A stretch of 32,000 nucleotides of DNA from Polynucleobacter necessarius (GTDB lineage Bacteria; Pseudomonadota; Gammaproteobacteria; Burkholderiales; Burkholderiaceae). Under the pieces are notes generated by a model. That model did no database searches. It was not told the origin of the DNA and saw nothing but the letters and a program-made list of their open reading frames with translations. The stretch spans positions 907,207 to 939,206 of the forward strand of contig NZ_LT606950.1 in NCBI RefSeq assembly GCF_900095195.1, written 5' to 3'. Both the position numbers and the translations under genes were made by a program. This document shows, piece after piece, positions 26,443-32,000 of the stretch. Every line of letters starts with the position of its first letter. Position 1 is the stretch's first letter.

Positions 26443-27327
26443 ATGACATCCGTACCCGCAAAACTAAACACCATTGACCTGCTTCATCGACTCAAGCGTG
26501 CGCCTGCAGAACACAAGGGCAACGCTGGTAAGGCCTTACTGATTGGCGGGGCACCAGGCATGGCAGGTGCGTTGCTTTTGGCTGGTAAAGCATGCTTACA
26601 TCTCGGTGCTGGCTGGACTATCCTCGAAATGTTCGATCCTGCATCTGCAAGAGCACAGGATGCACAACCAGAACTGATGATTCGACTGGCAAGTGATCAA
26701 GCGCATACTATCTTGGCTCAGACCCAACCTGATGTCATAGCGATCGGTCCGGGTCTTGGAAATTCCCCACTGGCAATCGAGTGGCTAAAGGCTTGCTTAA
26801 CTTATCCGCACATTCCACTCATCTTAGATGCCGATGCTTTAAATCTGATTGCAGATTCTGATAAATTACTCAATACATTACGAGAACGCAATGCGCAATT
26901 TCCAAATAAAAGCGTATGTACTCCGCACCCAGGTGAAGCTGCCAAACTGTTAAAAATATCTGCTGAAAAAATCCAGGGCGATCGTTTGCATGCCTTACAG
27001 CAACTCATCACCCTCACCCAATCGATTGGGATCTTAAAGGGTCAGAATACCGTCATTGCAAGCCCTAATCATTCTGCAGTTCAATGTGAGGCTGGTAATC
27101 CCGGTATGGGCACAGGCGGAATGGGTGATGTCCTCACAGGCACGATCACAGCCATTGCCGCTCAGGGAGTGCGTCACCAATTACCTCTCTGGGATGCCAG
27201 CAGTATCGCAGTTGAGCTCCATGCCACTGCTGCCGACAGCTTAGTCAGTAAAGGGGTTGGTCCAATTGGGCTAACCCCTTCTGAAACCATTATGGAGATG
27301 CGAGGCATCCTCAATAAACTGTTATAA
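26443..27327 (+). CDS. nnrD: ADP/ATP-dependent NAD(P)H-hydrate dehydratase (stand-alone YjeF C-terminal type)
   Basis: Intact 294-aa ORF with motifs HKGNAGKALLIGGAPGMAGA, IGPGLGNS, LDADALN, TPHPGEAAKL and GNPGMGTGGMGDVLTG. Confidence 0.85.
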   Translation: MTSVPAKLNTIDLLHRLKRAPAEHKGNAGKALLIGGAPGMAGALLLAGKACLHLGAGWTILEMFDPASARAQDAQPELMIRLASDQAHTILAQTQPDVIAIGPGLGNSPLAIEWLKACLTYPHIPLILDADALNLIADSDKLLNTLRERNAQFPNKSVCTPHPGEAAKLLKISAEKIQGDRLHALQQLITLTQSIGILKGQNTVIASPNHSAVQCEAGNPGMGTGGMGDVLTGTITAIAAQGVRHQLPLWDASSIAVELHATAADSLVSKGVGPIGLTPSETIMEMRGILNKLL

Positions 27328-27332
27328 ACAGT

Positions 27333-28332
27333 ATGCAATCTCCAAACGCAGCTCACCACCGACATTACCTCTATGGCATTTTGATGTCCGGTATTGGCTC
27401 GATGCTGTTTTCTGGCAAAGCGGTATTGGGAAGTTGGCCTTTGGTTACGGCGCAAATGCCGAGACGTTATTAGCCTTGCGGATGCTAATGGCACTTCCGA
27501 TGTTTTGGACTGTCTACTGGTGGGAGTCTCGACGAAAGCCTATGAGCCCCATTAGCTGGTCAGAACGAGGAAAGATTTTCTTTCTCGGCTTTCTGGGATA
27601 TTTTTTATCGAGCTATATCGATTTTCTAGGGCTGCAATATATTTCGGTTGGTCTTGAGCGCATCGTTCTCTATCTAACACCAACCATTGTGTTGCTGATC
27701 TCCTACTTTGCTCCGAATAAATCCATTTCCAGAATGCAGTGGTATGCCTTAGTGGCTGGATACCTGGGGGTATTGGTGGTTTTCATTCAAGATGCCAGCT
27801 CTACTGGTATCCATGCCTGGCTTGGGATGCTCTTGGTCTTTGGTAGTGCGGTAGCTATGCTTTGTATATGATTGGCTCCGGAGAAATGGTCAGACACATC
27901 GGTAGCGTACGGCTTGTCGTTTTAGCAAGTTCGGCCTCTGCCGTACTGAGCTTGATGCAATCCTCTCTATACAAGACTAGTGCCATTTTTGAACAGAGCG
28001 CACAAGCCTACCTATTGAGTCTTCTCAATGCGAGTCTTTGTGCTGCTATTCCAATGCTTCTCATTATGATTGCCATCAATCGCATTGGGTCGCCACTTGT
28101 TGCACAGGCGGGCATACTGGGCCCTGTCTCAACAATCTTTTTGGGCTAGTTTATTTTGTCTGAGCCAATTACCGCTATGCAAATTGCAGGAATGCTTTTG
28201 GTAATGGCTGCTATGTGGCTGTTGGTGCGCAACGACGCTCCAAGAAAAAAGTCATCTGACATAAAAAATCAGATGACTTGGAAGAGGTCGAACCTCTCAA
28301 TTGAGGGGTCTATCAGAACGGGGAATTACTGA
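27333..28332 (+). pseudogene. EamA/DMT-family transporter, two frameshifts plus an in-frame TAG
   Basis: MQSPNAAHHRHYLYGILMSGIGSMLFSGKAV shifts at ~27425 to ..FGYGANAETLLALRMLMALPMFW..GLQYISVGLERIVLYLTPT... A second shift at ~27860 leads to YALYMIGSGEMV..INRIGSPLVAQAGILGPVSTIFLG*FILSEPITAMQIAG.., with the TAG at 28147..28149. The 3' limit is uncertain. Confidence 0.8.
28244..28278 (-). terminator. Rho-independent terminator of the Lys-rich protein gene, embedded in the DMT pseudogene tail
   Basis: A 10-bp stem, AGTCATCTGA (28250..28259) paired with TCAGATGACT (28269..28278), has a 9-nt loop. On the minus strand it is followed by TTTTTT (A6 at 28244..28249 on plus). Confidence 0.75.
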
Positions 28333-28568
28333 GCAGCATCTGCTGCTTTTACTTTTTTCTTCGATTTCTTTTCTACTTTCTTTTCTTTCTTTGCTTGCTT
28401 CTTCGATTTTTTGGCTGCGGCTTTATCAGCAGGCGCAGCAGCAGGCTCTGAAGTAGCAGCAGGTGCTGGCGCTGGAGCAGGATCAGCAGCCAAGACAGAA
28501 ATTGGTGATAAGCCAATGGTTGCAGAAATTAGAGCTGCTAAGCTAAAACGAGCGATACGCGAAGTCAT
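28326..28568 (-). CDS. Secreted low-complexity protein: signal peptide, Pro/Ala-rich segment, Lys-rich histone-H1-tail-like C-terminus
   Basis: GGAGA Shine-Dalgarno 6 nt upstream of the ATG at 28566..28568. The protein reads MTSRIARFSLAALISATIGLSPISVLAADPAPAPAPAATSEPAAAPADKAAAKKSKKQAKKEKKVEKKSKKKVKAADAAQ*. The ORF track opens earlier, at 28610. Confidence 0.6.
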   Translation of the reverse strand: MTSRIARFSLAALISATIGLSPISVLAADPAPAPAPAATSEPAAAPADKAAAKKSKKQAKKEKKVEKKSKKKVKAADAAQ

Positions 28569-28649
28569 GCCATTCTCCAAAAGGTTTATTGATAATTTGA
28601 TAATACTCAAAAAAATAATAAAAATGCCTTATTCCACTTTTTGGGCAAT

Positions 28650-28677
28650 AAAAAAGGCCATCGTCTGATGGTCTTTT
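28650..28677 (-). terminator. Rho-independent terminator belonging to the adjacent gene remnant
   Basis: On the minus strand, GACCATCagacGATGGCC is followed by TTTTTTATT. It lies directly downstream of the remnant's stop codon at 28695..28697. Confidence 0.6.
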
Positions 28678-28694
28678 GATGAACACTGCTCCGA

Positions 28695-28815
28695 TTATGC
28701 GGGCTGCGCTTCTGCCTCGGTAATCTTTTCCAACGCTGCCGCCAAGTGTCCAACTGTGCGGTCTACATGACCTAATTTTTCCAAACCAAAGAGACCAATT
28801 TTCTGCCTGAATTTT
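28695..28815 (-). pseudogene. Isolated C-terminal remnant (~40 codons) of an unidentified gene, possibly a class-V aminotransferase tail
   Basis: The minus-strand reading is ..KKFRQKIGLFGLEKLGHVDRTVGHLAAALEKITEAEAQPA* with no upstream coding body, because oxyR ends at 28823. The rIGlmG...vd..l.ALe..l pattern recalls AGXT/SgaA-type C-termini. This is a weak assignment. Confidence 0.3.
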
Positions 28816-28822
28816 TTTGGAT

Positions 28823-29743
28823 TTACTTTACTTTCTTCAGGCTCATCCCAAACTGATCACGAATACATTGCGATAGCGCTGTAAACTCTGTGGCATGCGC
28901 AGTGGATGACCGGGCTACGAGCGCAATGATTCTTTTGGGCGCTGGTGCAGACAATGCTTTTGCAACTAAGTCACTGCTGTTTAGCAAACTACTCTTCACT
29001 GCCATTTCTGGTAGCAACGCAATCCCAAAGCCTGACTCGACCATCTGCAGCAGGGTTAGCAAACTGGTAGCCTCTACCCCATCATCTTTCCGAATATCTG
29101 CCTTTTTGCAAGCCTGTAAGCTGTGCTCCCGAAGGCAGTGGCCCTCTTCCAATAGCAATAGCCTCTCTGCCATTTTGGCTGGCAGAGTCACTTCCTTACC
29201 TTTGAGGGCAGGGTCTCCCTCGCGCGCCACCAACCAAAAAGGATCATCAAACAATTCCTCCACTAGGAGTCCGCTGACGTCATAAGGCAAGGCGATGAGT
29301 GCATAATCCAATTTATGCTCTGCAAGTCTTGCCAGTAAATTGGCAGTAAGGTCTTCCCGTAAGGTGATTTTGAGATTCGGAAACCGTTTGCGGGTTTCTG
29401 GCAAAACACTAGGCAGCAAAAATGGTGCAATCGTCGGAATAACTCCTAGGCGAATTGTTGTCGTCATAGGCTTGCCTGAGATACCTGCATATTCCACCAA
29501 ATCTTCCGATGCCGCCAAAATCGTTTTAGCACGCTCCAATACTTCAAATCCTGCCGGTGTAATCGATACATTTTGCCGATCACGCTCGACCAGCTGGATC
29601 CCGAGACCCTCCTCCAACTCCTTAAGTCCGGCACTCAGAGTGGATTGACCAACAAAACAGGTCTCTGCAGCTCTGGTGAAGTTCAGTTCTTTCGCTAGAG
29701 CAACGAGATAGGTCAGTTGCTTTAAAGACGGTAAATATGCCAT
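28823..29743 (-). CDS. oxyR: LysR-family hydrogen-peroxide sensor OxyR
   Basis: Intact 306-aa ORF with an N-terminal wHTH (LKQLTYLVALAKELNFTRAAETCFVGQSTLSAGLKELE). The redox-switch region LLLLEEGHCLREHSLQACKK has the two Cys spaced as in E. coli C199/C208. Confidence 0.85.
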   Translation of the reverse strand: MAYLPSLKQLTYLVALAKELNFTRAAETCFVGQSTLSAGLKELEEGLGIQLVERDRQNVSITPAGFEVLERAKTILAASEDLVEYAGISGKPMTTTIRLGVIPTIAPFLLPSVLPETRKRFPNLKITLREDLTANLLARLAEHKLDYALIALPYDVSGLLVEELFDDPFWLVAREGDPALKGKEVTLPAKMAERLLLLEEGHCLREHSLQACKKADIRKDDGVEATSLLTLLQMVESGFGIALLPEMAVKSSLLNSSDLVAKALSAPAPKRIIALVARSSTAHATEFTALSQCIRDQFGMSLKKVK

Positions 29744-29872
29744 CTCACATCCTTATCGAGAATTTCAATCAATACTACCATTATTATTGAGATTTACGAT
29801 ACTGATCTATCCAGTGTTGGCACTAGAAAATATATTTGAACTCGATGTTCAGTCTTCCCCACGAGGCTTACC

Positions 29873-31053
29873 TTGAATCAAACCCCATCACCAGCGACTT
29901 CTTCGATCGTCATCATTGGCAGCGGATTGGCAGGCTACACCGTCATTCGCGAGATTCGTAAACTCAATAAAGAAATTCCGATTACGCTGGTTACCAAAGA
30001 GCCTGGTTACTTTTATTCCAAACCGATGCTCTCGACTGCACTAGCAAGCAAAAAAGATGCGTCTCAGTTAATCACGACACCAGCCGATGGCATGGCATCT
30101 CAATTAGCATTCATATTCTTGCTGAAACTGAAGTACACGCCATAGATACAAACAAACACGTCATTCAAACTAACAAAGGCGATCTTGCCTATAGCAAACT
30201 GGTCTTGGCTCTAGGCGCCGATCAAATTCAGCTATCGTTATTGGGAAATGCCGCAAGCGAGGCACTCACTGTCAATGATCTTGAAGATTACGCAAGGTTT
30301 CGTAGCGCAATAAGTGGCAAAAAGAAAATTGCTATTTTGGGTGCAGGTTTAATTAGCTGCGAGTTTGCAAATGATCTAATCCTAGGTGGCTTTGAAGTAG
30401 ATGTTATTGACATGGCGCCCCATGCTCTTGGGCGACTGATCCCAGAAACGGCGGCCGTCGCACTGCAAAATAAGCTGAGCGCTCTGGGTGCATGCTGGCA
30501 CTTCAACACTACCTTCAGTCAATAAATCGGGTAAACGACCAACTCCATATCACCCTAGCGAATGGATCGGTATTGAATACTGATGTGGCACTCTCTGCCG
30601 TTGGACTAAAACCCAGACTTGAGCTCGCTAAAGCAGCAGGCATTGACACTAATATACAGGTCAACCGCAAACTCCAAACGAATATCCCTCACATTTATTT
30701 ATGCGATTGGTGATTGCGCTGAAGTAGATGGACTCGTGCCTCCATATGTAATGCCAATCATGCAAGCAGCGCGAGCATTAGCCGCGACCTTGACGGGGCA
30801 AGCTACACCGCTAACGTATCCTGCAATGCCAGTGATGATGAAAACCCCGGCATTTGCCACTATTGTTTCTCCACCAGCGAAAGACGCAAGTGGTCAATGG
30901 AAAATCAATGCGATGGATAATGGTGTAGAGGCTCGGCTTGAAACAGCCGATGGCCAGCTTTTAGGTTTTGTATTAATGGGCACTGCAACAGCCCAGCGTG
31001 CAGCCCTCACCAAGGAACTACCAGTCAATACTGGCATAAACGAAATAACGTAA
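29873..31053 (+). pseudogene. Rubredoxin-reductase-like FAD/NAD(P)-dependent pyridine nucleotide-disulfide oxidoreductase, at least three frameshifts
   Basis: Four ORF pieces lie in different frames: SIVIIGSGLAGYT..YSKPMLS; ..LVLALGADQ..KKIAILGAGLISCEFANDL..GFEVDVID; ..LHITLANGSVLNTDVALSAVGLKPR; and ..IYAIGDCAEVDGLV..YVMPIMQAARALA..LLGFVLMGTA. It has a TTG start and is divergent from oxyR. Confidence 0.85.
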
Positions 31054-31054
31054 T

Positions 31055-31083
31055 AAAAAAGGCCCGCAATGCGGGCCTTTTTT
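31055..31083. terminator. Bidirectional rho-independent terminator
   Basis: aaaaaaGGCCCGCaatGCGGGCCtttttt: a 7-bp GC stem flanked by an A6 and a T6 run, between convergent genes. Confidence 0.85.
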
Positions 31084-31104
31084 ATTCGTTAAGACTTGAT
31101 CGGC

Positions 31105-31698
31105 TCAAGAAACAATCACAAACCAAGTAGTGTTGTGAGACTGAGCAACCATCAAGAACAACATTGGCACAGATAACAATGTATTGATGCGGGAAGTCAA
31201 CATCGCAACACGAGCAGATTTCGCTTTGGTATCCGCATCTACAGTCACAATACCGAGAGCGCGTTTTTGGTTAGGCCAGATGATGAACCAAACGTTAAAC
31301 GCCATTACCAATGCGATCCACATACCTAAACCAACCGCGCGGAATGGCGCTTGCAATGTAAATGCTTGATGCGCGTAACCATTCAATACCGCCAAAATCA
31401 AACCGCTCAATACTGTAAAGAGTGCTGCGTAACGGAACCAGAACAATGCTGTTGGAGCGATTACTTTACCGATAGCAGGCTTTTGCTCATCTGGAATCTT
31501 TGGCATGGAAGGAATTTGCACAAAGTTGAAGTACCACAGCAAACCAATCCACATCACACCGAACATCACGTGCAACCAACGGAATACGAATGGCAATTCA
31601 GCAGAGCTAAAGTTACCGCCTAGTGCAAAAATAATCAAAACGAGCAGTACAAAACCTGCCAATACTGTGCGTCCTAAAGAGGTCAAAATTGAAGCCAT
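31105..31698 (-). CDS. Polytopic membrane protein of unknown function (RWLHV..WIG motif; PuuD N-terminal / HemJ-like superfamily guess)
   Basis: Intact 197-aa ORF with 4-5 TM helices. The motif FRWLHVMFGVMWIGLLWYFNFVQ resembles the haem-binding-type helix of urate hydroxylase PuuD/HemJ-like membrane proteins as I recall them. Low certainty. Confidence 0.4.
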   Translation of the reverse strand: MASILTSLGRTVLAGFVLLVLIIFALGGNFSSAELPFVFRWLHVMFGVMWIGLLWYFNFVQIPSMPKIPDEQKPAIGKVIAPTALFWFRYAALFTVLSGLILAVLNGYAHQAFTLQAPFRAVGLGMWIALVMAFNVWFIIWPNQKRALGIVTVDADTKAKSARVAMLTSRINTLLSVPMLFLMVAQSHNTTWFVIVS

Positions 31699-31865
31699 GA
31701 AAGGTTCTCCTTATATATAAGTGCCTGTAAATATAAACGATTCTGGCAATTTTGTTTGAACATCCCAAATTTTGGCTTTCTCATGAAAAAATGCTAACTC
31801 GAGTAGTGACTTCGCCCTATTTGGGGTGCAAAATAAGCGAACAAATTATTGATTACGTGAGACAA

Positions 31866-32000
31866 ATGATGCCCTCATCCACTTTTTTAAATATATTGGT
31901 AGGTCTTAGCTTGATGATTCTGGAATCTTCTTCAGTTGCTCATGCGCAAGAATTTCCGCCCAAGAAAACGATCACGATCGTAATTGGCTTTGCACCCGGT
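31866..32000 (+). CDS. Bug/TctC-family substrate-binding protein, 5' end only (runs off the window)
   Basis: MMPSSTFLNILVGLSLMILESSSVAHAQEFPPKKTITIVIGFAPG: a signal peptide plus the Bug N-terminal I.I(V)..F(A)PGG motif. Intactness beyond the window is unknown. Confidence 0.7.
   Translation, partial: MMPSSTFLNILVGLSLMILESSSVAHAQEFPPKKTITIVIGFAPG

Noticed and set aside
28283-28309. Two mutually exclusive small hairpins (AGAGGTcgaACCTCT versus ACCTCTCaattGAGGGGT) considered as a possible attenuator or riboswitch-like switch.
   Set aside because: They lie in the 3' overlap zone of two convergent genes, not in a 5' leader. The stems are short. The adjacent 10-bp hairpin with its T-run already explains termination.
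28411-28668. An Ala/Gly-rich 85-aa plus-strand ORF (AAALSAGAAAGSEVAAGAGAGAG..).
   Set aside because: It is the antisense image of the Pro/Ala/Lys-rich minus-strand gene. That gene has a signal peptide, a Shine-Dalgarno sequence and a terminator, whereas the plus ORF has none of these.
29744-29872. An OxyR or LysR operator (T-N11-A / ATAG-N7-CTAT repeats) in the oxyR divergent spacer.
   Set aside because: Several AT-rich partial dyads are present (for example ATCGAGAATTTCAAT and GATACTGATCTAT). None matches the four-fold ATAG/CTAT spacing well enough to call without comparative data.
1438-31053. Programmed ribosomal frameshifting or transcriptional slippage rescuing the split genes.
   Set aside because: Most affected genes carry two or more independent lesions in different contexts. 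I noticed no slippery heptamer with a downstream structure at the shift sites. Only the ModA-like A6 tract is slippage-prone, and that gene has another frameshift.
1-32000. Sequencing or assembly error considered as the explanation for all broken genes.
   Set aside because: Errors cannot explain nonsense substitutions, deletions of 100 or more codons, the mosaic remnant, or an inversion whose two junctions reciprocally reconstruct two genes. Most frameshifts are not at homopolymers. Individual single-hit cases, such as the SemiSWEET at ~2996 and mop, still need read-level confirmation.
1-32000. A search for CRISPR repeats, IS elements or inverted-repeat termini, integrases, tRNA or rRNA genes, toxin-antitoxin pairs, and restriction or other defence modules.
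   Set aside because: I saw no periodic direct repeats, no transposase-, integrase- or nuclease-like ORFs, and no cloverleaf-capable intergenic segment. The intergenic regions are short and are accounted for by promoters and terminators.

Overview
This is a 32-kb chromosomal window at roughly 45% GC with Burkholderiales-type gene content: four Bug/TctC solute-binding paralogs, feoAB, oxyR and a group-II truncated haemoglobin. My best guess is a Polynucleobacter-like lineage, possibly a host-restricted one; that is inference only. I found no rRNA, tRNA, CRISPR array, IS element, transposase, integrase, phage gene or recognisable defence or toxin module. The dominant signal is genome erosion. 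Of about 46 protein-coding loci I can recognise, about 25 are broken by frameshifts, in-frame stops, internal or 5' deletions, or rearrangement. About 21 look intact: a DsbB-family gene, feoAB, paiB, a GNAT, a YbgC-like thioesterase, selD, a cupin, a lipoprotein, a phasin-like protein, trHbO, one Bug gene, an ion-channel-like protein, nnrD, oxyR and several small secreted or membrane proteins. The clearest structural finding is a ~2.27-kb inversion (16379..18655) bounded by a 6-bp inverted microhomology. It splits a four-domain rhodanese gene into opposite-strand halves and truncates a DUF1330 gene. Five consecutive molybdate/tungstate-handling genes (6646..9789) are all dead, while selD nearby is fully intact. 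Six nonsense codons sit at positions where I expect Trp (TGG to TAG or TGA), which fits an AT-biased mutational process. I did not find a convincing novel multi-gene functional system. The interest here lies in the pattern and mechanisms of decay and in what has been spared.
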